DNA of 64,000 bases, taken from the NCBI GenBank assembly GCA_963703315.1, contig OY969811.1, forward strand, positions 3,744,001-3,808,000, read 5' to 3'. This document shows positions 31,749-42,371 of the stretch, piece by piece. Positions within the stretch are counted from its first letter, which is position 1, and each line of letters starts with the position of its first letter. Source of the stretch: an uncultured cyanobacterium. Lineage in GTDB: Bacteria; Cyanobacteriota; Cyanobacteriia; Pseudanabaenales; Pseudanabaenaceae. The notes beneath the pieces were generated by a model that saw only the letters and a list, made by a program, of their open reading frames with translations, had not been told where the DNA came from and searched no databases. Both the position numbers and the translations under genes were made by a program.

Positions 31749-33110
31749 ATGTTAGCAGTAGCAGTATTAGCGGCGGGGAAAGGAACTCGCATGAAATCAA
31801 GTTTACCAAAAGTATTACAACCTTTAGGTGGTAAATCCTTAGTCGAGCGTGTTCTCAAGGCAACCGATCCCCTGAAAGCCGATCGCTGTATTACCATCAT
31901 TGGTTATGAACGTGAACAAGTGCGGACGGCTTTAGCCAATTATCCAAACATAGAATTTGTAGAACAAATTGAACAACTAGGTACAGGACACGCCATTCAG
32001 CAATTATTAGAACCTTTAGCAGGATTTACAGGGGAATTGGTGGTTCTCACGGGAGATTCACCTTTACTCCGTTCTGAAACTATCCAAACCTTGATTGATA
32101 GCCATCGTCAACATCAAGCTTCAGCAACGGTACTGACAGCGATTCTGCCTGACCCTACAGGCTATGGTCGCGTATTTTGCGATCGCGATATGAAGATTGA
32201 CAAAATTATTGAGCATCGTGACTGTACCCCCGAACAGATTCTGCATCAGCGCGTGAGTACAGGTGTCTACTGTTTTGATTGGCAACAATTAGCTCAGGCT
32301 TTGCCAAAACTTACGAATGAGAATTCTCAACAAGAATATTATTTGACCGAGGTTTTTGATTATCTCACTGAAGTTTATGCCAGCGATTTAGAAGATCTCG
32401 ACGAAAGCCTTGGTATTAACGATCGCCTTCAGTTAGCCAATGCATATAACATTTTACAAAAAAGAACTAAAGACAAATGGATGCGTGCGGGAGTAACCAT
32501 GTTATTACCCGACACGATCACCATTGATGATGAAGTGGAACTTGCGCCCAATGTGATTATTGAGCCAAATTCCCATTTGCGCGGTAATACTAAAGTTGGC
32601 TCAGGTTCGACAATTGGTCCTTCTAGTCTCTTGTCGAATAGCATTATTGGAGAGAATACGACTGTGCAGTTTTCGGTAATCGAAGATAGTCAAATTGCGG
32701 ATAATTGCCAGATTGGTCCTTTTACGAGAATTCGTGGCGAGTCGGTGGTGGGTAATAAATGTCGCATCGGTAACTTTGTGGAACTCAAAAACACCAAAAT
32801 CGGCGATCGCACCAATGCTGCTCATCTCAGTTATTTAGGCAATGCCACCCTCGGAACTCGTGTGAATATTGGTGCAGGTACAATTACCGCTAATTATGAT
32901 GGCTTTAAGAAGTATCAAACAATTATTGGCGATCGCACTAAAACAGGTTCTAATTCAGTTCTGGTTGCACCGATTCAAATTGGCGAAAATGTGAATATTG
33001 CCGCAGGTTCGATCATTGTGGAAGATGTGGAGTCTAATGCTTTAGCGATCGCTAGAGCTAAACAGGTGACTAAGCCTGATTACTACGATCAAGAGGGTCG
33101 CAAAAAGTAA
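31749..33110 (+). CDS. glmU: Bifunctional UDP-GlcNAc pyrophosphorylase / GlcN-1-P acetyltransferase
   Basis: [18 protein letters not shown], hexapeptide repeats, HLSYLG. Confidence 0.97.
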   Translation: MLAVAVLAAGKGTRMKSSLPKVLQPLGGKSLVERVLKATDPLKADRCITIIGYEREQVRTALANYPNIEFVEQIEQLGTGHAIQQLLEPLAGFTGELVVLTGDSPLLRSETIQTLIDSHRQHQASATVLTAILPDPTGYGRVFCDRDMKIDKIIEHRDCTPEQILHQRVSTGVYCFDWQQLAQALPKLTNENSQQEYYLTEVFDYLTEVYASDLEDLDESLGINDRLQLANAYNILQKRTKDKWMRAGVTMLLPDTITIDDEVELAPNVIIEPNSHLRGNTKVGSGSTIGPSSLLSNSIIGENTTVQFSVIEDSQIADNCQIGPFTRIRGESVVGNKCRIGNFVELKNTKIGDRTNAAHLSYLGNATLGTRVNIGAGTITANYDGFKKYQTIIGDRTKTGSNSVLVAPIQIGENVNIAAGSIIVEDVESNALAIARAKQVTKPDYYDQEGRKK

Positions 33111-33330
33111 CAAAAATTGAGAACTTAGCAACAGTGATAGAGTTGAGGCGGCGATCGCCCTATACAGTTTCATAGTTGTCTTATTTCCAATTCTATCTAA
33201 TTCTATTTTTAACGTGATGTGTAACCAATAAGATCGCGTTGATATATGTAAATGAAAACATCTTTTTGTATCTTTTTTGCTCTAAATAAATATTACCTAA
33301 AAAATCTAGCTAATCTACTTATTTAGATGA

Positions 33331-33478
33331 TTAGGCAGAAAAATTCCGTATAATTATCCTAAAACAGGATCTTAGGCAGAATTTTTCTGTATAGTACGCC
33401 CTATAAGGTGATTAGGCAAAAACTTGACTTTCAGCCTATATTGTCTATAGTCAGATTAGGCAGAATTTTTCCGCCTAA
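33331..33478 (+). repeat. Four spaced direct repeats starting TTAGGCA(G/A)AA
   Basis: Copies at 33331, 33372, 33412, 33456; the last forms the palindrome TTAGGCAGAA-ttt-TTCCGCCTAA. Confidence 0.75.
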
Positions 33479-33525
33479 TACATAGTTATGCCCCTCTTAA
33501 ATCAATCAGAAAAGAGATAGAATAG

Positions 33526-34176
33526 ATGAGTATTTATAGTAAGCGAATACCCATTTCTCCTAATTTCTTTTGTGATGGTCATGGTTATGTCCTTACCTCA
33601 TCCAGTTTAGGCGGTAGTGACTTAAATCCCAGTCAGTTTTCGGATCTTGTTTTGAATGGTTCGTCTGACGATATCGCGCCTCTTCTGACTCAAGGGATTT
33701 GTATGCCCGTTCTCTTTGAAAGTGATTGCTCTTTAGATCGCAAAACACTTTTTGTAATCGGGAATTTAACGAGTCAGGAGGAGAACGATTGGCGTGCCCG
33801 ACTTACGTGGAAACTGAACATTCCCTGTGGAAAGTTAATCTTGCTTTGTAGCTGTGTCACTGAAGATGTTGCCCATGCGATTTCTGGAAGACCGTCTAGA
33901 GAAGACTTTATGATTTTCCAAGTCATAGATGTGCCGCCCAATTTATACAAGGTTGATATTTATGCCTATCCATCAAGTCCAACCTTTGTTGAAACCCTTG
34001 ACGATAAAGACTATGAAAGGTATGAAGAAAAAATGCTTGAATTAGATTTAGACGACTATGACAATGAGGGAAACCTAACCTCAGTGGGTTATATCATTTG
34101 CCTCTCACCTCTTAATGCGGAACTTCAGCTACCAGAAACGAGTGATGCATGGCTTGAGAAATTTACTTTTCGTTAG
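33526..34176 (+). CDS. Hypothetical acidic protein
   Basis: 216-aa ORF, no recognised motif. Confidence 0.6.
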   Translation: MSIYSKRIPISPNFFCDGHGYVLTSSSLGGSDLNPSQFSDLVLNGSSDDIAPLLTQGICMPVLFESDCSLDRKTLFVIGNLTSQEENDWRARLTWKLNIPCGKLILLCSCVTEDVAHAISGRPSREDFMIFQVIDVPPNLYKVDIYAYPSSPTFVETLDDKDYERYEEKMLELDLDDYDNEGNLTSVGYIICLSPLNAELQLPETSDAWLEKFTFR

Positions 34177-34279
34177 GTGCTAATCAGGCGTTGAAGACAT
34201 TGTTGTATTCACGAAAATAAAAGAGTGTATGGGAACGGAGCATAACAAATCATTGGAGCGGACGAAACCAAGGTATAGG

Positions 34280-34359
34280 CGTAGGGTGCGTTAATGAAAT
34301 ATAACGCACCTTTTTAATACAAATTATTTGTGCGTTACGCTCTGCTAACACACGCTACG
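34280..34359. repeat. Inverted pair of GTAG-type REP elements
   Basis: CGTAGGGTGCGTTA...TAACGCACC and GTGCGTTACGCTCTGCTAACACACGCTACG. Confidence 0.65.
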
Positions 34360-34453
34360 AGGTTGGTTATGTGTTTCAAATTTCTTGAGTGCGATCGCCG
34401 ATCTTGTATTGCGATCACTAGCTGATTTGTATCTTATAGGATACACTTAAAGA

Positions 34454-34744
34454 ATGATTGAAATCCGCCAGACTGAGATCTACTCTAAATGGTTTAAATC
34501 CTTGCGTGATACACAAGCCCAAGCACGGATCAACATTCGTATTCGTCGCTTATCGATGGGCAATTCAGGCGATGTAAAACCAGTAGGGAAAGGAGTATCA
34601 GAATTGCGTATTGACTATGCCGCAGGCTATCGAGTTTATTTCATACAACGAGGAGCGCAATTAATAATTTTGCTGGCAGGTGGGGACAAACGCACACAAG
34701 ATCAAGATATTAAGACAGCCTTAAACTTAGCCAAAGAACTATAG
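34454..34744 (+). CDS. RelE/ParE-superfamily addiction-module toxin
   Basis: WFKSLRD, GDVKPVGKGVSELRIDY, GYRVYF, GGDKRTQ. Confidence 0.9.
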   Translation: MIEIRQTEIYSKWFKSLRDTQAQARINIRIRRLSMGNSGDVKPVGKGVSELRIDYAAGYRVYFIQRGAQLIILLAGGDKRTQDQDIKTALNLAKEL

Positions 34745-34753
34745 GAGAACTCT

Positions 34754-35038
34754 ATGACTATTCAAACCTATCCTTGGGATGCAGCAGACCACCTAGAAAC
34801 TAAAGAAGATATGGCAGCATATCTAGAAGCAGCACTCGAAGATGGCGATCCTGCTCTAGTGGTAGCAGCATTAGGAGATATTGCCCGATCTAAAGGCATG
34901 ACAAACATTGCCCGTGAAACAGGGCTTGGAAGAGAAAGTCTCTACAAAGCTTTATCTCTCGAAGGTAATCCAGAATTTGCCACTGTTCTAAAAGTTATTC
35001 AAGCTCTGGGTTTACGTTTACGAGCTACATCTGTATGA
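34754..35038 (+). CDS. Addiction-module antidote protein (HTH)
   Basis: AYLEAALE, ALGDIARSKGM, GLGRESLYKALS, GNPEF. Confidence 0.9.
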   Translation: MTIQTYPWDAADHLETKEDMAAYLEAALEDGDPALVVAALGDIARSKGMTNIARETGLGRESLYKALSLEGNPEFATVLKVIQALGLRLRATSV

Positions 35039-35248
35039 GACATTCTGCATACAAATGTAGAGTCAGAGCCTTAACTGCCAGACAGATAAGCGAAATAGTT
35101 ACATAAAGAATAGCCGCAGCTTTATGACCATAGCACCAACCTTAGCAAAACAATTACTGTCGAAGAATGGGTTAATCAAATAATGTCTATCCCCTTCTAA
35201 GTAGCTAGTGCGATCGCCAGTCCCGTAGAGTTCATTAAGGAAAAAGCT

Positions 35249-36910
35249 TTAAAAAATCCCCTTCTGGATCTCATCAGCAATAAACTCACTAGCTCTGGCG
35301 GTGATTGCCATTTCCGTTAAGGTGGGACTTTGCCAACCCGAAGAAGCCCAACAAGCACCATCGGTGACGAAAAGATTGGGAGCTTCCCATAATTGGTTAT
35401 GGGCATTCACGACCGAATTAGTGGGTGAAGTTCCCATTCTTGCGCCGCCGACTTCATGGATGTAATAACCAGGGGGAGCCGAAAATGCCATCGTTTCTTC
35501 CATGCGACTGACAAATTCTGAGAATATAGGCACATGGAAGATATCAGTAAGTTTCATATTCTTACCTCCCGCCAGTTTGATGATTGCATCAATTTGGCGA
35601 TGCATATGGTCTAGCATCAGATGTTCATTCTCTGACCATGCACATTCGATATGTGGCACAGGAATTCCCCATGCATCGACGACATCTTTATTTAATTGAA
35701 TGTGATTGTTGTAGCGAGGTAATACTTCCCCATGAGCAATCAGAAACCCAATGGAACCAGATCCCACTTTACGGACAATACTTGGTAAATCAAAACGCTG
35801 TACACCTCCCCAAATACCGTAACCGCGCAAAAACTGCTCCTGTTGCGATTCTAAATTGCAGAAGCAGGGAATGAAAAAACTATCACATCCTGAAAGGTCA
35901 AAGGTTTGAGGTTGCTTAATATTTGGCATGAAGAAGAAAGTAGAAGTGGATACATGATCCATCAGATATCGTCCTAACATTCCCGATGGATTAGTTAATC
36001 CCGCAGGTTGATATTGCTCAGTGGAGTGCAAGAGAATCCGTACTGACTCAATCGTGGAAGCACAGAGAACCACAGTCCGTGCAAACACCTCATGGGTGGT
36101 TTTACTGTTGCGGTCAATAAATGCCACACCACGCGCTTTACGAGTATCTGGATCGAAGATGACATGGCTGACTACGGCATCCGATCGCAAAGTCACATTA
36201 CCCGTCGCGATCGCCGCCTTGAGCGAAGAACCAAGACTAGAATACAATGGCCAGGGTTGCTCTGGAGTCGGGCGATACAGACCAAAGCCCCGTGAAGGAA
36301 TCAGACGGCGATCTGACCATTGACTTTCGACAACTTGCTTTAAATGCAACTCGGCGGGAGTGAGGGGCAATGTGGGCTGATAGTCGCCATCAGGCAGTTG
36401 TGGTAAACCTTCTTGACTACCTCGTACCTGAAAAAACTGCTCCAATTTGCTGTAGTAGGGTGCGAGATCGGCATGAGCGATCGGCCAGTCCTGCTCATGT
36501 CCATCGCGACTCGCCGCCTTAAATTCATAGTCCGACAACCGCAGAGTGATCCCCCCCCAAGTTAAGCTTTTACCTCCCACCTGACGACCACGAATCCAGA
36601 AAAAGGGCTGATCGTCTGGTGTGGTATAGGGATTATCCTTTTCATCAATGAACAAGTCTGGATTAGCCTTCCAGTAACCGGGGTGCATTGATTGGTAGGA
36701 TTGACGTTTGGAAATTGCCAGATTATAAAACCGCTTTGCCATATCCCGCACCTGATGCCCCAGATCAGCTTTGGCATCGGGAGTACGACCTGCTTCTAAG
36801 ACAAGGACTTTCAGACCGCGTTCACTCAATTCTTTGGCAGCGACACCACCATTAGCTCCAGAGCCAACCACGATCGCATCATAAATTTCTGAAGAGGAAT
36901 GGGTACTCAT
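35249..36910 (-). CDS. GMC family FAD oxidoreductase
   Basis: VVGSGANGG, GGKSLTWG, HEVGGARMG, VTDGA. Confidence 0.9.
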   Translation of the reverse strand: MSTHSSSEIYDAIVVGSGANGGVAAKELSERGLKVLVLEAGRTPDAKADLGHQVRDMAKRFYNLAISKRQSYQSMHPGYWKANPDLFIDEKDNPYTTPDDQPFFWIRGRQVGGKSLTWGGITLRLSDYEFKAASRDGHEQDWPIAHADLAPYYSKLEQFFQVRGSQEGLPQLPDGDYQPTLPLTPAELHLKQVVESQWSDRRLIPSRGFGLYRPTPEQPWPLYSSLGSSLKAAIATGNVTLRSDAVVSHVIFDPDTRKARGVAFIDRNSKTTHEVFARTVVLCASTIESVRILLHSTEQYQPAGLTNPSGMLGRYLMDHVSTSTFFFMPNIKQPQTFDLSGCDSFFIPCFCNLESQQEQFLRGYGIWGGVQRFDLPSIVRKVGSGSIGFLIAHGEVLPRYNNHIQLNKDVVDAWGIPVPHIECAWSENEHLMLDHMHRQIDAIIKLAGGKNMKLTDIFHVPIFSEFVSRMEETMAFSAPPGYYIHEVGGARMGTSPTNSVVNAHNQLWEAPNLFVTDGACWASSGWQSPTLTEMAITARASEFIADEIQKGIF

Positions 36911-37038
36911 CTTTTTTGACAAACCTTAAGCTTTTAGCTATTTGCTTAGCAACTACAGCAATTTAATATCTTGCCTGAAAATGCCCTCAGAATTGCAAGA
37001 TTTTGGCTAAATGTAGCTAAGCGAGTTACGGCGCTTCT

Positions 37039-40000
37039 TTATGCAAATACTTCCTGTTGTTGAGACTCTAAAAACTCACGGATGCGTTTGACTTGAAAAT
37101 CACGGGCGTAGTCTAGGACTTGATTAGCAAAGGGGCTAAAAATGGGATCGGTTTCCTGTAGAAGTATGACCTCATCTTGAATGGCGATAATATCTCCCAT
37201 TTTGGCTAGCTGTATCAACTTCTCTAAGATACAAGTTGGCGGCGCAATTAATGGTTGGGCGATCGCCTCTTGATCTCCAGATTTAGCATTGATTGTGGTG
37301 GTATCAACTATCTCCAAATCTTCGTATTGCCATTCTAAATTGAGTAGCGATCGCATGGTATAGAACAAAGTATCGGGATTGACAGGTTTAGAAATAAAGG
37401 CATTACAGCCTACTTCCAGACTCAAATCACGATCTTGATTGAAGGCACTTGCGGAGATCATAATGATCGCGGTTTTCTGGAACATGGATAACTGGCGTAA
37501 CTGCTTCGTAGTTTCATGTCCATCTAGTTGAGGCATCACCATGTCCAGCAAAATTAAATCTGGCTCAAATATTTGCGCTTGAGTCAGACAATCGTAGCCA
37601 TTGATGGCTTCGGTGACAATAAAGCCGAGGGGGGTCAGCAAATCCCTTAATACCATTCGATTTTCAGTTTTGTCATCCACAATTAAAATCTTACAGCGAT
37701 CGCCTAAATAACCAATAACTGTACGGTTGTCTGGAGGTGAAATACTCGTGGGATGGGGAACTTCTACTAACTCAATTTCAAACCAGAATGTACTACCTTG
37801 ATTTAACGTACTTTCGACCTGTAGTTGCCCACCCATCAGTTCCACAATTTTTTGACAAATGGGTAAGCCTAAACCTGTACCAGACGAGTAACGAGCGCGA
37901 TCGCCTACTTGCTGGAATGGTAAAAAGATATCTTCCAATTTGTCAGGAGCAATGCCCACACCTGTGTCCGCGATCGCAAAACGGACTTTATAATTTTTAC
38001 TAGATTCACAGGGTTGAGCGCTAACTGTCAGAGAGACATTGCCACAATCAGTAAATTTAACCGCATTCCCAAATAGATTAATCAGTACTTGCCGTAGACG
38101 CTTTTCGTCGCCATACATCTTAGTTGGCAATGTTGTTAGCGGTTGATAGATGAGTTCGACATCCTTCACCTTGACTTGCAATCGAAATATATCAGTGATA
38201 CTTTGCAGTAATTTAGGAAGCTCAAATTCATGGGGATTAAGTTCAAGTTTTTTAGCTTCTATTTTAGAAAGATCGAGAATATCGTTAAGTAAGGTCAGCA
38301 GATGTTCACCACTGCGCTGAATGATTTCTAAACCTGAGCGATGCTTGTCAGGATCATAACTGCGTTTGAGGATCTGAGCATAGCCGAGAATACCATTTAA
38401 GGGAGTGCGTAACTCATGGCTCATATTGGCAAGAAATTCGCTCTTCGCACGGTTGGCAGTATCCGCAACTTCCTTCGCTGATTGCAGTTCCTTTTCCGCT
38501 CGTTTGCGATCGGTAATATCTGTACCTACGGATAGAATTTCAATTAATTGACCTTGATCGTCATAAATGGGTTTATTTGACCAAGTTACCCAGACACGCC
38601 GCCCATCTTTACAGATATTCTCATTTTCATTGAGTTGATACTTTTCGGGTGTATGGCAGATTTCGTTAATCATGTTTTGCAAATCTGACCCTGTGACATC
38701 CTGTGCAGAAACAATTGTCTCTAATACCGACTTGCCCAGCACCTCTTCCAATTGATAGCCAAAAAACTTCAATCCATAATCATTTAAGAAGCAAATATGA
38801 CCTTGAGTGTCCCAGCGTAAAATGATGCAGTTAGCAGATTCCACCAGATCGCGATATTTCTTTTCACTCTCTTTAATGCTTTCCTCAATCATTTTGCGAT
38901 CGCTAATATCTTTCAGCGCATAAATAGCAAAGGATTGACCGCCAAATTCAATTAGTTCCGAAGAGATTAGTCCTGTGAGTTTTTTGCCGCTTTTGGTAAC
39001 AAAATTTGCTTCAAAATTGGCAACTCTACCTTCTAATCTCAAAAGCTCGACTACGCGATCGCGGTCTTCCAAGTTAAACCAGAGATGTAAATCTGACGGA
39101 GCCGCACCGATCGCTTCTTCCCGACTATAGCCTGTAATTTCTGACCATTTATCATTAACGTCAATATGCGTAAAGTCTTCTGTGGAAAGTAATGCCATGC
39201 CGTCAGGACTAGAACGAAAAGCTTTCGCAAATTTTTCTTCCGATTCCCGCAAGGCAGCTTCTGTACTCTCATGTTCGAGAATTTCCTGTTGTAATGCTTG
39301 AGTTCGTTCATCTACTTTTTGCATGAGTAAATGAGAATATTCTTCTAATCGATTATGAGATTTTTTCATTTGGCGACTCATCTGATTAAAGGAAGTCGCT
39401 AAGATGGCTAATTCTTTGACCAGACAAGAATATTCAACTTTTTGGTCGAGTTCTCCTTCAGCAATCAGTTGACTGGCTATGCTTAATTGAGTAATTGGAC
39501 GGCTAATCCACCGAGCCGCAATAATTCCAAAGATAGTGGTAAGTCCCAGAGCCAATAGACATAGTAAGGCAGTAGAGCGAGTATTGTCTTTAATCTGCGA
39601 CATAAAGTCAGACTCAGGGACAACAATCACAATTCGCCAACTTAAGCCATAGGCATCATTGAGTTTACTGACTTGCAGAAAGTACTTCTCGCCATGTAAA
39701 TAAACGAAGGATTGCTCGGCAAAATCATTGACATATTTGATCTGCTCTTGCAATCTGAGTGCAGAAACACGGGTTAATTCATCTTGACTTTGGGTTGCCA
39801 AAATGCGTTCCGAACGATCTTCTTTAGTAGCAATCCCCGCATCCAGATTGGAAGTTGCCACGAGTTTTCCTGAAGGTTCAATAATGAAAGTCTGTCCGCG
39901 ATCGCTGACCTTAGTTTTCTGCAAAAAACGATTGATTTCTCCTAACAGAATCGATACGCCCAATACCCCTTGTAGTTCTCCTGTAGAAGCATATAGAGGC

Positions 40001-40647
40001 TTTACGGCGGTGATCGCAGGTTCACTAGTAATAATATCGGTATATACTTCACTCCAAGTATCTTTACGCGCTCGCAGCATGGATTGATACCAGGGACGGT
40101 CATGCAAATCAAAGCTGTTTTTTGCCAAGAGAAGGGTCTGCGGTCTACCCTTCTCATCAGTCATGTAAGTACTGTTGAAGTTATCTACTGCTAGTTTGTC
40201 TTGAATTCGTCGCGCCCCAAAATATTTACCTGATGTGGTTGCCACATAAATATTACTTAGCTGTGGAAATCCTCGCAGTTGTTTCCACAAGTGTCTTTGA
40301 ATTTTTGTTTCATCAATAGTGTCAATTTGTCCGAGGTCGATACTATTGGAATTTAATTGATTAATTGTAGAAGGTAATTCTAAATAGGAATGTAAGCGAA
40401 TTTGGACTTGCTCCGTGACTTTGCTCCGCAGTTGACTGGACAGTTGCTTTACGGCATCACGACCATTCTGAAATGATAGCCAGCCAATCAATCCGACGAT
40501 GCCGAAAGTACTGAGCAAAAACGGCACGATAATCAGTACGCTCAGAGGGATTTTAAAGCCTTTACTATTCATACAAGCGGACTTGTTAACCCCTGCGGCA
40601 GTTGATACGATTGGAGTTGCTTTAGTCGGTGGGGGCGTTATAGTCAT
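37039..40647 (-). CDS. Hybrid sensor histidine kinase (Cache, HAMP, 2xPAS, HisKA, HATPase, REC)
   Basis: FLANMSHELRTPLN, NAVKFT, DTGVG, GTGLGL, LLDMVMP; start codon uncertain. Confidence 0.92.
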   Translation of the reverse strand: MTITPPPTKATPIVSTAAGVNKSACMNSKGFKIPLSVLIIVPFLLSTFGIVGLIGWLSFQNGRDAVKQLSSQLRSKVTEQVQIRLHSYLELPSTINQLNSNSIDLGQIDTIDETKIQRHLWKQLRGFPQLSNIYVATTSGKYFGARRIQDKLAVDNFNSTYMTDEKGRPQTLLLAKNSFDLHDRPWYQSMLRARKDTWSEVYTDIITSEPAITAVKPLYASTGELQGVLGVSILLGEINRFLQKTKVSDRGQTFIIEPSGKLVATSNLDAGIATKEDRSERILATQSQDELTRVSALRLQEQIKYVNDFAEQSFVYLHGEKYFLQVSKLNDAYGLSWRIVIVVPESDFMSQIKDNTRSTALLCLLALGLTTIFGIIAARWISRPITQLSIASQLIAEGELDQKVEYSCLVKELAILATSFNQMSRQMKKSHNRLEEYSHLLMQKVDERTQALQQEILEHESTEAALRESEEKFAKAFRSSPDGMALLSTEDFTHIDVNDKWSEITGYSREEAIGAAPSDLHLWFNLEDRDRVVELLRLEGRVANFEANFVTKSGKKLTGLISSELIEFGGQSFAIYALKDISDRKMIEESIKESEKKYRDLVESANCIILRWDTQGHICFLNDYGLKFFGYQLEEVLGKSVLETIVSAQDVTGSDLQNMINEICHTPEKYQLNENENICKDGRRVWVTWSNKPIYDDQGQLIEILSVGTDITDRKRAEKELQSAKEVADTANRAKSEFLANMSHELRTPLNGILGYAQILKRSYDPDKHRSGLEIIQRSGEHLLTLLNDILDLSKIEAKKLELNPHEFELPKLLQSITDIFRLQVKVKDVELIYQPLTTLPTKMYGDEKRLRQVLINLFGNAVKFTDCGNVSLTVSAQPCESSKNYKVRFAIADTGVGIAPDKLEDIFLPFQQVGDRARYSSGTGLGLPICQKIVELMGGQLQVESTLNQGSTFWFEIELVEVPHPTSISPPDNRTVIGYLGDRCKILIVDDKTENRMVLRDLLTPLGFIVTEAINGYDCLTQAQIFEPDLILLDMVMPQLDGHETTKQLRQLSMFQKTAIIMISASAFNQDRDLSLEVGCNAFISKPVNPDTLFYTMRSLLNLEWQYEDLEIVDTTTINAKSGDQEAIAQPLIAPPTCILEKLIQLAKMGDIIAIQDEVILLQETDPIFSPFANQVLDYARDFQVKRIREFLESQQQEVFA

Positions 40648-40657
40648 ACTATCTATA

Positions 40658-42187
40658 CTATTCAAACCCAAGTCTTCTTAACGCGAGTCGGCGATTTTTC
40701 CATATTTGAGGTTCTTGAGGTGAAATCTGAATTGCTTGATCGTAGGCAGCGATCGCTTCTTCGAGTAGTCCTAGTCCACTGAGGGCATTACCGCGATTGT
40801 ACCAAGCAAAATGATCATCCTGATTGATCTCCAAAGCCCGATCATGACTAGCGATCGCTTCTTCATACAGTTCCAACTTGCTCAGCACCAAACCGCGATT
40901 ATTCCATGCATAGTAGTCATCGGGACGAATTTCTAGAGCTTTGTCATAGCTGGCGATCGCCTCGGTAAAGTTTCCCCAATGTTCGAGAGCCTTAGCGCGA
41001 CTATACCAAATTTGATGATCACGGGGTTTATACTCTAGGGCGCGATCGTAACTGGCTACAGCTTCACCATATTTACCAATACTTTCAAGGGCGTAGGCAC
41101 GGCTAAACCAACCCTGTACATAGTCTGGTCTTAGGGCTAAGGCTTTCTCACAATAATTAATTGCTTCTTCATACTGCCCCAATACACTACAAACTAAGCC
41201 TTTGCCACCGTAGGAATAATAATAATCAGGCTTATGTTTTAGGGCGATGTTGTAACTATTGATTGCTTCTTCGTAGCGCCCTAGCATACTTAATGAAGTA
41301 CCCAGATTGTGCCACGCCGCATAAAAATCTTCTTTATAGGCGATCGCTTGACGATAGTTTTCGACAGCTTCCTCATGATGATTCGATAAATCTAGAGCAA
41401 CCGCACGGTTATACCAAGCCAAATGGTTATCAGAACGAATTTGCAATGCTAGATCACAATTTGCGATCGCCTCTTGACAACGATTGCCTGCTACTAATAA
41501 ACCGCCCTGCTCTAGCAATAGCTCAATCCGCCGCTCGGAAATTAAAGGCTGGGCATCAATCAGTTTTTGGAGATCGGCATATTTGCGATCGCGCTCCTCT
41601 TCACTGATTTGGGCATAGGCTTCATAACGATCCTCACTCACCCAACGAAAAGCTTCTTGACGCAGCAGTTCCATATCGGTCGGAAACTCAAATACCTCAA
41701 CGGCATCGTTAAAGAATTCGGGAGAGCTATCAATAAAAAACTTGAGCGCAAATAAGGGTAATAAAAATACAAAGCAGATCGGGAAACGCTCTTGGAGTTG
41801 GGATTGAGACAGGATCAGGTGAGCCAGTGGGCGAGGAATCTTATTTAATTTTTCGTTTAATGACGGATTTTCGAGATTATTAATTTTGCTTTCTAGAAAC
41901 TCTTCAATGCCTGTAATAAACACCAGATTTGCATCATGTAAATCTGGCTCATTAACGAACATTTCATAAAAATCAGAAATTGGGCGATCGAGTCTTAATA
42001 CCCTAACCTCTTGACCTGCTGCATCAACCTTTGTCCTCTTAATAATTTGTTCCCCTTCCGCAGGTGAACAACGCACAAACAGCATCCCAAAATTCTGCTT
42101 ATTTTTAAGTAAACCCAATAGATGCTGATATTCTGTCTCTGGATTTTTTAGAGCATCTTTATCCCAAGCGTTTCCAGTGTATTGCAT
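40658..42187 (-). CDS. TPR protein with N-terminal alpha/beta domain
   Basis: About nine AWYNRG-type TPR repeats. Confidence 0.85.
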   Translation of the reverse strand: MQYTGNAWDKDALKNPETEYQHLLGLLKNKQNFGMLFVRCSPAEGEQIIKRTKVDAAGQEVRVLRLDRPISDFYEMFVNEPDLHDANLVFITGIEEFLESKINNLENPSLNEKLNKIPRPLAHLILSQSQLQERFPICFVFLLPLFALKFFIDSSPEFFNDAVEVFEFPTDMELLRQEAFRWVSEDRYEAYAQISEEERDRKYADLQKLIDAQPLISERRIELLLEQGGLLVAGNRCQEAIANCDLALQIRSDNHLAWYNRAVALDLSNHHEEAVENYRQAIAYKEDFYAAWHNLGTSLSMLGRYEEAINSYNIALKHKPDYYYSYGGKGLVCSVLGQYEEAINYCEKALALRPDYVQGWFSRAYALESIGKYGEAVASYDRALEYKPRDHQIWYSRAKALEHWGNFTEAIASYDKALEIRPDDYYAWNNRGLVLSKLELYEEAIASHDRALEINQDDHFAWYNRGNALSGLGLLEEAIAAYDQAIQISPQEPQIWKNRRLALRRLGFE

Positions 42188-42242
42188 GGCTCTCCCATTT
42201 GACTGAATACTCCAGCTAAATCATACCAAAAAAGATTGAAGC

Positions 42243-42299
42243 CTAAAACCAAGAGTAGAGTAGTGGCGCAAAGCACCGCTACTCTACTCTTGGTTTTAG
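42243..42299. repeat. Intergenic palindrome with GC-rich core
   Basis: CTAAAACCAAGAGTAGAGTAG...CTACTCTACTCTTGGTTTTAG. Confidence 0.75.
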
Positions 42300-42371
42300 C
42301 TATAACATAGAGATTAGCTCAGGCAAACCCTGCGTTGCTCTATTTGAATAATCAAACGTTAGAAAAAGCTC

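Noticed and set aside
33110..33330. Tn7-like insertion next to glmU
   Set aside because: The Tn7 attachment site is glmS, not glmU; no tns genes or convincing TGT...ACA ends seen
33331..33478. Possible CRISPR mini-array
   Set aside because: Repeats are short and divergent, the 40-44 bp period leaves only ~20-nt spacers, and no cas genes are in the window
35123..35182. MTIAPTLAK... resembling the start of a Uma2-type gene
   Set aside because: Too short and frameshifted to support
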